In this document: piece after piece, positions 25,516 through 34,182 of the stretch | How positions within the stretch are numbered: position 1 is the stretch's first letter | Layout of the letters: every line of letters begins with the position of its first letter | Assembly: GCA_012959605.1 (NCBI GenBank) | Contig: DUCU01000092.1 | Coordinates: forward strand, 7,620 to 71,619 | Direction: 5' to 3' | Source: Dehalococcoidia bacterium | GTDB taxonomy: Bacteria > Chloroflexota > Dehalococcoidia > Lucifugimonadales > UBA3495 | DNA length: 64,000 bases | Made by a program: the position numbers and the translations under genes | Notes under the pieces: model-generated | Told to the model about the DNA's origin: nothing | The model's input: the letters and a program-made list of their open reading frames with translations, nothing else | Databases searched by the model: none

Positions 25516-25562
25516 GGTTAGGTCCGACCCTGTCGAGACTCTCTACGAAGTCGTAGTGGGGG
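25516..25562. repeat. Dispersed intergenic repeat, copy 1
   Basis: ggttaggtccgaccctgtcgagactctctacgaagtcgtagtggggg is near-identical to 32904-32951 and is preceded by a ccctctccc...ggggaggg hairpin-like element. Confidence 0.7.
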
Positions 25563-25604
25563 CCAACCTCTGCTAAAACTCAATCCCACCCCCAAGAGGC
25601 AACA

Positions 25605-26282
25605 TTGATTCCCTGGATACTCCTAGGCACAGCAGCAACATCAAGAAACGGGGCTGAGCTCCGCCTGTACCAACGCGACAATGAGTTTTCGATCAAGGCA
25701 GATAGCCAAGAACTCATGAACAGCCAGGTGCATGGGTCGGAAGACGTCCTGGCGAAACTCGCCTGCGAAAAGATCGCGAATCACCAAGAGGTACAGGTTC
25801 TGGTTGGCGGGCTGGGCCTTGGCTACACGCTGAGGGCCGCGCTTAACGAACTCAAACCCGGAGCAAATGTGGTGGTTTCGGAAATCGTCCCTGAGGTGCT
25901 GGAGTGGAACCAGAAATTTCTAGGCCACCTGGCCGACTATCCCCTTAATGATGACCGTGTAACCGTGCAACTGACCGACGTTGCGGAGATGATTAAGTCA
26001 GGCCAAGGCGACTACAACGCCATCATGTTAGACGTCGACAACGGGCCACAGGCGATGTTCCAAGAGGGCAACGACTGGATCTACACCAAACGTGGCCTGG
26101 AATCGACATTTGATGCGCTGCGACCCAAAGGCGTGCTGTCCATCTGGTCTACCGACCCCGACCCAGCCTTCACTAGAAGACTAATCAAGACCGGCTTCAA
26201 AGTAGAAGAGGTCAAAGCACGTGCCCGCAGCGGCCGAAAAGGCGGCGGCCACTACTATGTCTGGGTTGCCACGCGCGATTAG
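25605..26282 (+). CDS. Spermidine-synthase-like SAM-dependent transferase family protein
   Basis: 225 aa with a TTG start. 'L.LYQRDNEFSI......LMNS..HGSE' is followed by the 'VLVGGLGLGYT' SAM-fold motif and 'DAIMLDVD'-type motif. Confidence 0.6.
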   Translation: MIPWILLGTAATSRNGAELRLYQRDNEFSIKADSQELMNSQVHGSEDVLAKLACEKIANHQEVQVLVGGLGLGYTLRAALNELKPGANVVVSEIVPEVLEWNQKFLGHLADYPLNDDRVTVQLTDVAEMIKSGQGDYNAIMLDVDNGPQAMFQEGNDWIYTKRGLESTFDALRPKGVLSIWSTDPDPAFTRRLIKTGFKVEEVKARARSGRKGGGHYYVWVATRD

Positions 26283-26896
26283 CCGCTCAGCGTGCCTTTG
26301 GTGCTGGGGATTTGAGATGGGGCGCGGGGATCTGGCTCTAGCGCATCACGCAAGGCTCTGGCCAACGCCTTGCACAGGGCTTCAGCCTTGTGGTGCGGAC
26401 TCACTCCGGCCATGATTTGGGCGTGCAGGTTGATCTTCGCCTCCAGGGCAAATGACTCAAAGAAGTGCTTTACCAGAGATCCAGGAAGCGTCTCCACCAT
26501 GATTTCGTCCAGGGTCGTGTCAATCTCGGCATAGCCTCGTCCGCTGCAGTCCAGCGCGACCATTGCCAACGTTTCGTCCAAAGGCACGATTGCGTGCCCC
26601 ATGCGGCGGATGCCTCTGGCGTCCCCCAGAGCCTCGCCAAACGCCCTGCCCAAGGTGATGGCAACATCCTCTACCAAATGGTGCCAGCCAACGTGTACGT
26701 CGCCCTTGGCTTTAAGGTTTATATCAATCAAACCGTGGCGGGATATCTGGCTAACCATGTGGTCCAAGAACCCGTTGCCGGTGTCCACTTCATAGACACC
26801 AGTGCCATCCAGGTTGATGGTCAACTGGATATCAGTCTCTCCGGTCTTGCGGTCAATGGTCGCAGTTCGTTCGGTTGCCGAATTTTCAGGCGGCAT
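26279..26896 (-). CDS. hisB: Imidazoleglycerol-phosphate dehydratase
   Basis: 205 aa with 'RKTGETDI...L.LDG', 'GFLDHM' and 'HH..E' motifs. Confidence 0.95.
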   Translation of the reverse strand: MPPENSATERTATIDRKTGETDIQLTINLDGTGVYEVDTGNGFLDHMVSQISRHGLIDINLKAKGDVHVGWHHLVEDVAITLGRAFGEALGDARGIRRMGHAIVPLDETLAMVALDCSGRGYAEIDTTLDEIMVETLPGSLVKHFFESFALEAKINLHAQIMAGVSPHHKAEALCKALARALRDALEPDPRAPSQIPSTKGTLSG

Positions 26897-26950
26897 TACT
26901 TTCTCCTCACTTTCTCATCACAACTCTGGCACACGATTTAGCCGCGTAAT

Positions 26951-28045
26951 CTAGGCACATAATTCCGTGAATGCTTCAACGACCGCGTCGGTCTCATGGG
27001 GGAGTCCGATGCTGGTCCTTATGAAATTCTTAAGTCTGCCGCTACTCCAGTAACGCAGGAAAATCCCACGACTGCAAAGGCCGTCGAATATCTGTTGGCC
27101 TCGACCGTCCGGCACTTCACAAAGGATGAAGTTGGCTCGTGATGGCCACGGCGTAAGGTTGGGAACCTGTTTCAGTTTTTCCATCATCCGGTCGCGTTCG
27201 GACACAATCTGCGTCACCCGTTCCAACAGACCAGGGGTATCTTCCAGAGACGTGGTCAATGCCACTTCTGCGGCTAGGTTTACGTTGTAGGGCGGCTTCA
27301 TGGCCATCATGGTGGCGGCCAGGCTTGGGTCCATGGCGCCAACGCCGATGCGCAGTCCGGCCAGTCCGGCCCATTTGCTAAACGTCCGTAGCACCACCAG
27401 GTTCTCGTACTCGGCCAGCAGTGGAATCGCGGTGTCGCCACAGAACTCGTAGTAAGCCTCGTCCATCACCACCAGTAATCCAGTGTCCAAAAGGGCGCGC
27501 GTTTGAACCTCCGGGACGATGTTCCCGGTGGGGTTGTTGGGTGAGGTCAAGAATATGATCTTGCTCTTTGGCGTGATGGCCGCCTTCATGGCTTCCAGGT
27601 CGATCTCAAATTTGTCGTCGCGCTCTACGGCGATAGCTTCACCGCCGCAGATGCCGGCCGAGAACGAATACATGCCAAAGGTTGGCGTGGGAATGATGAC
27701 GTTGTCGCCAACGCCCACGTACATTCGCAGTAGCAGGTCAATCAACTCGTCACTGCCGTTGCCAGCAACGATTAGTTCCGGGGCTACCTTGAGGTAGCCC
27801 GATAAGATGCGGCGCAGATTGCGCTGTCCGGGATCAGGATAGTAGTTGTAATTCTCGTATTCACCTAGGGCAGAAGCCACTTTGGGCGACGGACCATAGG
27901 GGTTCTCGTTGCCGTTCAGTCGGATGATCTTGTCCGGGGATATTCCGGCCCGTTCCGCCATGACTTCCATGGGGTCAACGCCCTCGTAAGTCTCCAGCGC
28001 TTGAATGTGGGGCAGCATCGATGGCATTTTTTTACTCTGTGTCAT
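26951..28045 (-). CDS. hisC: Histidinol-phosphate aminotransferase
   Basis: 364 aa with 'IRLNGNENPYGPSP', 'SPNNPTG' and 'RTFSKWAGLAGLRIG' (PLP lysine). Confidence 0.95.
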   Translation of the reverse strand: MTQSKKMPSMLPHIQALETYEGVDPMEVMAERAGISPDKIIRLNGNENPYGPSPKVASALGEYENYNYYPDPGQRNLRRILSGYLKVAPELIVAGNGSDELIDLLLRMYVGVGDNVIIPTPTFGMYSFSAGICGGEAIAVERDDKFEIDLEAMKAAITPKSKIIFLTSPNNPTGNIVPEVQTRALLDTGLLVVMDEAYYEFCGDTAIPLLAEYENLVVLRTFSKWAGLAGLRIGVGAMDPSLAATMMAMKPPYNVNLAAEVALTTSLEDTPGLLERVTQIVSERDRMMEKLKQVPNLTPWPSRANFILCEVPDGRGQQIFDGLCSRGIFLRYWSSGRLKNFIRTSIGLPHETDAVVEAFTELCA

Positions 28046-28048
28046 ATA

Positions 28049-29389
28049 TCAGGCTTTTCTGGCGATAGTATCGAGCCTGACTTGAATGGCGCTTGCGTGT
28101 CCGGATAGCCCTTCGGCGTCGGCGATGTGCACCGCAGCTTTGCCCAATTTCTGGAACTCGGACGGGCTGAGGCCGACCACCGGCATGGTGCGCAGGAAGT
28201 GGTGCACGCTAAGGGCGGAACCAAACCTGGCGGTGCCCCCGGTGGGCATCACGTGCGATGGCCCGGCGATGTAATCACCCATTACCTCAGGCGAATACTC
28301 ACCCAGGAAGAGACCACCGGCGTGCTTAATCTTGTCGACCCAGGACCACGGGTCATCCAACAGCAGACAAAGGTGCTCCGGAGCGATCCGGTTGACCAGG
28401 TCTACCGCTTCTTCCAGGGAATCTACTAAGACGACCTTTCCTTGGCGGTCCAATGCGGCTTTGGCGACGTCTCCCCGCGACTGAGTGGCGAGCATCCGAT
28501 CCACTTCAGCGTCAACTTGGTCAATAAGGTCTTGGCTGTTGGTAATCAATATGGCGGTGGCCAATGGGTCGTGTTCTGCCTGGGCAATAAGGTCGGCAGC
28601 GCAGAAGCTAGCGTTGGCTGTCTTGTCTGCCAGCACAATCGTTTCAGTAGGGCCAAATACTCCGTCAATGTCCACAGAACCCTGGACCAATTTCTTAGCG
28701 TAGGAGACAAAGATGTTTCCGGGGCCACAAATCTTGTCTACTTTTGGCACCGAAGCAGTCCCGTAGGCCATGGCTGCGATGGCCGGCACTCCGCCCACTT
28801 GATACAGGGTGTCTACTCCCGCTATCTCAGCGGCGACGATCACCGCTGGGTTCAACGTTTGTCCCCTTTGGGGCGGCGTGCAGAGGATAACCTCACGGAC
28901 ACCGGCAACCCTGGCCGGAACTGCTGTCATTAGTACAGTGGAAGGATAGGCTGCGCTGCCACCTGGAGCGTAAAGGCCCACTCGATCCAGTGGTCGAATC
29001 AGCTCACCCAGACCCTGCTCCCGGTCAACCCACTCGTCTGGCATGGTCGATGCATGGAAGCTGCGCACTCGTTGAGCAGCCAATTCCAAAGACTCATAGA
29101 GTTCTTTGCTGACGGAGTCTCGGGCCTCGGCCATCTGCTTTTCAGTTACGCGGAAATCTTCTAGGTCAGAATCATCAAGGAGCTTGGCGTAGCGCAGCAC
29201 CGCCGCGTCGCCTTCTTTCCGCACGTCATCCAGCATCTGGTGTACCGACTGTAGCGGTGACACTCCTTTGCCGAAGGCTTCTTCGGTGCGGGCGAGAACC
29301 GACTCGGGCAGCGAGTCCAGGTCTAATGGGTCGATTCGAACCAGAACGTTCTCGGCGTTCTTGACTCCATGTATCACGTTAAGGGCCAA
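28049..29389 (-). CDS. hisD: Histidinol dehydrogenase
   Basis: 446 aa with a TTG start behind a GGAGAA SD. It carries 'GLYAPGG.A.YPS.VLM', 'QAEHD' and 'DY.AGPSHV.PT'. Confidence 0.95.
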   Translation of the reverse strand: MALNVIHGVKNAENVLVRIDPLDLDSLPESVLARTEEAFGKGVSPLQSVHQMLDDVRKEGDAAVLRYAKLLDDSDLEDFRVTEKQMAEARDSVSKELYESLELAAQRVRSFHASTMPDEWVDREQGLGELIRPLDRVGLYAPGGSAAYPSTVLMTAVPARVAGVREVILCTPPQRGQTLNPAVIVAAEIAGVDTLYQVGGVPAIAAMAYGTASVPKVDKICGPGNIFVSYAKKLVQGSVDIDGVFGPTETIVLADKTANASFCAADLIAQAEHDPLATAILITNSQDLIDQVDAEVDRMLATQSRGDVAKAALDRQGKVVLVDSLEEAVDLVNRIAPEHLCLLLDDPWSWVDKIKHAGGLFLGEYSPEVMGDYIAGPSHVMPTGGTARFGSALSVHHFLRTMPVVGLSPSEFQKLGKAAVHIADAEGLSGHASAIQVRLDTIARKA

Positions 29390-29459
29390 CAGGTTTCTCC
29401 GTTCATGGCCGGGCTTTGGTCTTAGCCGGGCTTTTTCTAGTTAATCTATTTTGGCCGGG

Positions 29460-30218
29460 TTATCTCGGTATGAACTCTTGCACCTGGGCGATGGTCGCGG
29501 CCAGGGCACGTTCTTGGTAGGCGGTTACTTCGCCTTCGGGTACGCTCTCGTAGACTTTTTCTAAGCTGCCGGGCATACCTTCCAGGAACCGTTCCACGGT
29601 GTGTTGTACTTCTTCATCATCACGATACAGCCGGTTCAGGGCACTTTTCAATCGGTCCCAGGTGAAATCCCAGACCACAAACCGTCCTACGCGGTCCTTC
29701 CACTCGGTTAACAAACCCTCTTCAAAGAAAGGCATCGACACGTCATGGTCAGAGCAGGCCAACAGCTCTTTTGGGTGGGCATCAGCGTTTAGCTGGGGCA
29801 GGGTTTGGCGGTCCATATCCAACTGCATCGCCCGGTCCCAGATGTTGGCTTCGACAGCGTTGTCGGTGAGCCGTGTTTCCGCCACTGAAATGTCAAAATT
29901 AGGCCGGAACACGCTGGTAATCCAGATTTCGTCCGCTGCCAGATGGCAGATGTACCCGGCCAAGAACGCCTGGGATGCCGGTGTCATGGCTTCGTTCAAC
30001 TCGGGATGCGTCTGGAACATGGTCCTGGTCCCAGTGCCGACTTCTGCCACCGACAGCGGCGCAAAGTGAGTCAGTTCCCTGGACTTTTTAGTCATGGCCC
30101 GGATGTCCGGGGCGGTGGACCCTAGGTAAAAGCTGCCCAGATGGTCGAAGACATAGCTGCGGTCCAGCTGATCGGCAACCTGGTTAGCCAGATATATGTG
30201 CATCGGTAGGTTTGGCAT
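29460..30218 (-). CDS. Hypothetical protein, zinc-dependent phospholipase-C-like fold (weak call)
   Basis: 252 aa. 'MPNLPMHIYLA', 'G..APD', 'THF' and 'CHLAADEIW' resemble the His/Asp pattern of bacterial Zn_dep_PLPC-family proteins. It sits between hisG and hisD. Confidence 0.4.
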   Translation of the reverse strand: MPNLPMHIYLANQVADQLDRSYVFDHLGSFYLGSTAPDIRAMTKKSRELTHFAPLSVAEVGTGTRTMFQTHPELNEAMTPASQAFLAGYICHLAADEIWITSVFRPNFDISVAETRLTDNAVEANIWDRAMQLDMDRQTLPQLNADAHPKELLACSDHDVSMPFFEEGLLTEWKDRVGRFVVWDFTWDRLKSALNRLYRDDEEVQHTVERFLEGMPGSLEKVYESVPEGEVTAYQERALAATIAQVQEFIPR

Positions 30219-30271
30219 TATTTATCAACCCACTGGAATTGCGCCGGGTCTCTGCCAGTTAGTTATTACCG

Positions 30272-31306
30272 TTAATTGTTATTTGTCGCGTTCCTGCCAA
30301 ATAGGGCTTCGTAAGCCTCTGAGTGGCCATCAAATAGATAGCTTAACTGGGATGCGGCAACGTCGATTGCCCCGCAGTCCCTGAGGTGGTCAACCGCTTC
30401 CAGCAGTTGTGCCTTTTTGATCAGCAGACTGACACTGAACCAGTCTTGTTCTTTAACGTTGTAGACCCTGGCAACCGTGGGGCCACGCAGTCCTGCCAGG
30501 TCAGGCCGTGCCAGCACCGTTGAGCTCACTTCTTCAGGAGTGGATGCCCGCACATTCGCAGTAACACGGTAGTACGGCTCTGCCCGCAGGTGACCTTCCA
30601 TCAATTCGACAATCGACCGGGCCATTGCCAGTGATTTTTTAGATTCGGCCAACGTTATCGGGTTGGCAATCAGGCAGGACTGGGACGACAAAATAGTGCC
30701 ACCGTCCAGCTGCTTAAGTTGGTTTTCTCTGAGAGTCGTTCCGGTCGCGGTTACGTCAGCAATCAAGTCGGCGTAACCGGCGGCGGGGGCTGCTTCCATA
30801 GCGCCGCTGGCCGGGACCAATGTGAAGTAATTGATCCCGCGTTCGTACAGATAACCCCGAAGCAGCCTGGGATACTTGGTGGCTATGCGTAGCTGCTTGC
30901 CCTCTTGCCGAAACTCCAAGGCCAGGTCGGCCAGGTCGGTAAGAGAGGTTACATCCATCCAGGAATTGGGCACGGCAATGACAAAATCGCAGCGGCCGTA
31001 TTCTAAATCTTCAATCAGAACCGATGCCCGTTTTTCGTCGTTGCGGTACTCAAGTACTCGGTCAAGACCAGTCACGCCCAGCTCGGCGCTGCCCTCTTCT
31101 ACTTTTTGGGCCACGTCAGATGTGCGTTGGAATAGCACTTCCACGCCGGGAATGGCGGGCACGGTGCCGGTGTAGCGTCGGGAGTTGGGCCGGGAGACGG
31201 GCATACCACAGGCTCGCATGAAGCCCATGGTGGAGTCGTATAACTCGCCGTCGCTGGGGAGCGCGATGCGCAATACCCCGTTTCCGTTTTTGGTTGTATC
31301 AGTCAT
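30272..31306 (-). CDS. hisG: ATP phosphoribosyltransferase, long form with C-terminal regulatory (HisG_C) domain
   Basis: 344 aa. The catalytic core contains 'LRIALPS.G.L' and 'LRIATKYP'. The C-terminal 'YRVTANVRASTPEEV...LAGLRGPTVARV...WFSVSLLIKKAQLLEAVDHLRDCGAIDV' aligns by eye with the E. coli HisG C-domain. Confidence 0.9.
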   Translation of the reverse strand: MTDTTKNGNGVLRIALPSDGELYDSTMGFMRACGMPVSRPNSRRYTGTVPAIPGVEVLFQRTSDVAQKVEEGSAELGVTGLDRVLEYRNDEKRASVLIEDLEYGRCDFVIAVPNSWMDVTSLTDLADLALEFRQEGKQLRIATKYPRLLRGYLYERGINYFTLVPASGAMEAAPAAGYADLIADVTATGTTLRENQLKQLDGGTILSSQSCLIANPITLAESKKSLAMARSIVELMEGHLRAEPYYRVTANVRASTPEEVSSTVLARPDLAGLRGPTVARVYNVKEQDWFSVSLLIKKAQLLEAVDHLRDCGAIDVAASQLSYLFDGHSEAYEALFGRNATNNN

Positions 31307-31314
31307 AATCAGGC

Positions 31315-32547
31315 CTAGCTCGCCCCGATGGCGATGAGTGCGTCCAAGTTATAAGCAAAGCCCAAGGCTGGCACGGCATCGCTGCCGCCCAGTGCCCGGG
31401 AGAGGGTGTCGTAGCGGCCACCGCCGCCGAGTGTTCCGGTCCATTTGGGGTGACTAACCTCAAATATCACGCCGTTGTAATAGGCCAGCCCGCGTACCAG
31501 ACCAAAGTCCAACACAATCTGACCTGTGGCGTCTGACCCGCTGCTCATTAGACCGATAACCTCTCCGAGGCGGTCTGCGGCGGCTTGGTCGGCTCCCGCT
31601 GAAGCCAGGGTCTCCTTGACCATTTGCAGGGCTTGTTCGGGTGCGCCGTTTATCGCTGCCAGGTCGCTGGCAAGTTCCAGTCCCTGGCGCAGTTTATCTT
31701 CGTTATCGCTGCCCCTAATTTTGTGCAGCAAACGCTCCACAACGTCTTCGGGTGTGCGTTGGCCCAGTTGGTCAGCCGAGTTCCACTGCAATAGACCCAG
31801 CAGCACAGAACGTGCCTGGGTGTCATCTAGGCCATCAATCGCCCGTCGCAGTGCGGCGTCTTCCGGATCTGCTGAACCGTTGACTCCGCCGACCAGGTGC
31901 ATGTGTCGCCCTTCGTCCAAGAAATTTGGTACTGCGGAACGGCCCGTCTTGAGGTTGGGCATGCTCTGGATGATAAATGACCGGGCGCGGTCTGAGATGC
32001 CCACCGAGTCCAAAAGGCTGTTCAAAATGTCCAAGTCGGCCAGGCGAAGACTCCAGCCTTCAAGCCCTAACTCGATTGGCACCGCCACGGCCAGGTTCAG
32101 CAGCTCAACATCGGCCGCAATTTCTGAGGAGCCAATGAGCTCGCCGCCAACCTGGGTAAACTGTCCGCTGGCCTCCGGATGGGAGTTATCAAACCTAAAA
32201 ACCGGTCCGGAATATTGCCATCGGGCTGGCAGGTCAATCGTGGACTCGCTTTCTAAGTAGTGCCGCATGATGGGCGAAGTGAATTCAGGCCGCAGGCTAA
32301 CAGAGTTACTCCCGGCATCGGTGAAGCTGTACAGCTGGGAGGCCAGTTCGCCACCCGACTTGCGCATGAAGAGTTCAGTGGGCTCTAGGAGAGGAGTTTC
32401 GAGTTGTAGGTAACCGTAGCCGCCGAGCAGTTGAGAAAGACGCTCCTGCAGACCCTGTTTTTGGCGCAGTGTCTCTTTCGGCAGGTCTTGCATTCCCTGC
32501 AGCCGGGATACGATGTTGGTGGTTTGTCTGGGTTGGATCGTCATTTC
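31315..32547 (-). CDS. hisZ: ATP phosphoribosyltransferase regulatory subunit (HisRS paralogue without anticodon-binding domain)
   Basis: The class-II aaRS core ('GMQDLLP'-like 'GMQDLPKE', 'SLRPEFT', 'GPVFRF', 'GGGRYD') ends right after motif 3. I chose the start at 'MTIQPRQ' (32547). Confidence 0.85.
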   Translation of the reverse strand, partial: EMTIQPRQTTNIVSRLQGMQDLPKETLRQKQGLQERLSQLLGGYGYLQLETPLLEPTELFMRKSGGELASQLYSFTDAGSNSVSLRPEFTSPIMRHYLESESTIDLPARWQYSGPVFRFDNSHPEASGQFTQVGGELIGSSEIAADVELLNLAVAVPIELGLEGWSLRLADLDILNSLLDSVGISDRARSFIIQSMPNLKTGRSAVPNFLDEGRHMHLVGGVNGSADPEDAALRRAIDGLDDTQARSVLLGLLQWNSADQLGQRTPEDVVERLLHKIRGSDNEDKLRQGLELASDLAAINGAPEQALQMVKETLASAGADQAAADRLGEVIGLMSSGSDATGQIVLDFGLVRGLAYYNGVIFEVSHPKWTGTLGGGGRYDTLSRALGGSDAVPALGFAYNLDALIAIGAS

Positions 32548-32775
32548 AAATCGGCAGAATATTGAGTGCACAAATTGGGCAAATAAATAAGGACGCCTCG
32601 AACGGTGGGAGACGCCGAAGTACACGAGATATTGTACATTAGCCTGGAGTTACTTCCAAGAATATAGAGTCCCGTGGATGAGGTGGTTCTGAAGGTCGAA
32701 TTGGGACGCCTTACGGAATAAAATTGGCGAATGCGTGCTAGTGCGGGTTAGAAACCCGCCCCTACGGAGAATAAC

Positions 32776-33087
32776 CACTCACCATGAGCGGAAAGCGGGG
32801 TGATGTGGCAAGGGAAGCCAAACATAGTGGCGCAGTGGATTCCTGCCTTCGCAGGAATGACGGCTGGGTTGGCCCAGAAAATCCCCTCCCCTCAAATTGG
32901 GACGGTTAGGTCCGACTATGTCGAGACTCTCGACGAAGTCGAAGGTGGGGGTAATTGCTCTTCAACAACCATCCTCGCCAACCTCAAGACCTCTCGCTCA
33001 TCCTGATCCTGTCGAAGGATTGTATGAGTTAGGCATGGTTGTGGCGAAAATTGGTTCGACGGGCTCACCATGAGCGAGGAGCGAGGG
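32776..33087. repeat. Cluster of short dispersed intergenic repeats
   Basis: It contains ctcaccatgagcg at 32776 and 33063, attcctgccttcgcaggaatgacgg (a palindromic unit), and copy 2 (32904-32951) of the 25516-25562 repeat. Only spurious repeat-derived ORFs are present. Confidence 0.7.
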
Positions 33088-33112
33088 AATCTGGCTGATA
33101 TCGGCCAGAATG

Positions 33113-33865
33113 CTACGGGTGGGCGTTCAGACCGCCGTCAACGTACACCGGCTGCCCGGTTGAGTAATCACAGTACTCGGAACATAGATACACCAGCAGC
33201 GGTCCAATATCTGACGGGTTTCCCTTGCGACGAAGGGGCGTGTAGCGGACCAGCAGCTCTTCTTGCTGCTTCTCGATGGTTTGGTTTTCAGTGTCCATTA
33301 GACCGGTGCCGATGGCGTTGATCCGGATGTTGAAATGGCTCCATTCCACGGCAAGCGACCGTGTTAACGCCAGTATTGCGGCCTGACTGGCGGCAAAGGC
33401 CGAGCCGTTAATCATGCCGCGCTCGGCCATCTCTGAAATCATGTTGACCACTCGGCCGGACTCGGCCTTGGCCATGCGGGGCAAAACCTGTTGGCTGATT
33501 AGGTAAGTTGCTTTGGCGTTACGGGTCTGGACGGCGTCCCACTCTTCCACGCCGATCTCTTCCAAAGGGCGGGCAAACATGCTGCGGTGGTCGTTGACTA
33601 GGATGTCCACTTTATTATGGGAATTGTCGAATTTTTCTAAGGCACTCTTGGCCCCATTAGGATCGTTGGCGTCCATCAGCGCTCCACTGGAACCAGATGG
33701 CAGGGAAGCCAGAACGGCGTCCAAAAGCGCTTGAGTACGGGCCACGGCAAAAATGGCGGCTCCGGCCTCGGCTAGCGCCTGGCCCAGGAAAGGGGCCTCG
33801 GTGCCGCCGGATGTGGACAGTATCGCTATTTTGCCAGTGAGGTTATATTCGGATAGGATCGGCAT
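33113..33865 (-). CDS. SDR-fold protein lacking all SDR catalytic and cofactor signatures (probable pseudoenzyme)
   Basis: 250 aa with overall SDR architecture and a 'GQPVYVDGG' C-terminus. TGxxxGxG is replaced by 'STSGGTEA', NNAG by 'NDHR', and YxxxK by 'FAASQ'. Confidence 0.75.
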   Translation of the reverse strand: MPILSEYNLTGKIAILSTSGGTEAPFLGQALAEAGAAIFAVARTQALLDAVLASLPSGSSGALMDANDPNGAKSALEKFDNSHNKVDILVNDHRSMFARPLEEIGVEEWDAVQTRNAKATYLISQQVLPRMAKAESGRVVNMISEMAERGMINGSAFAASQAAILALTRSLAVEWSHFNIRINAIGTGLMDTENQTIEKQQEELLVRYTPLRRKGNPSDIGPLLVYLCSEYCDYSTGQPVYVDGGLNAHP

Positions 33866-33959
33866 GGATGTTCTCCTGATACCAGGGTCAAATTATCCCT
33901 GGGCTGATTGATCGGTTTGTAACCGCCCGTGCTTTACTTAAAAGCCAAAGGCCGCGGCA

Positions 33960-34157
33960 CTAGGCGTCTTGTAAAGAATCGGATCGACTCGGGAAGTCCT
34001 CGTACCATTTTTCTTGCTCTTCTTTTCCGAGTTCCAGCATATTATCCATGGCGGTTTTGTGGGCTTCGTCTCCTGACTGGACCATCTCCTCCGGGGTTTC
34101 ACCCTCGAACTCGGCGTCGCATGCGCCGCGCATGTATCTGCAAGTTGCTTTCTTCAT
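33960..34157 (-). CDS. DUF1059 small protein
   Basis: 65 aa. 'MKKATCRYMRGACDAEFEGETPEEMVQSGDEAH' fits the DUF1059 pattern (MK..C.D.G..C.F...G.T.EE......H). Confidence 0.6.
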   Translation of the reverse strand: MKKATCRYMRGACDAEFEGETPEEMVQSGDEAHKTAMDNMLELGKEEQEKWYEDFPSRSDSLQDA

Positions 34158-34182
34158 GATTAGGCTACTATCAACTGTGGAA

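Noticed and set aside
32800-33321. Track ORFs 32800..33006 and 33070..33321
   Set aside because: They are translations of dispersed repeat units ('IPAFAGMT', 'VRSDYVETLDEVEGGG', 'LTMSEERG'). The second also overlaps the antisense strand of a good SDR-fold gene.
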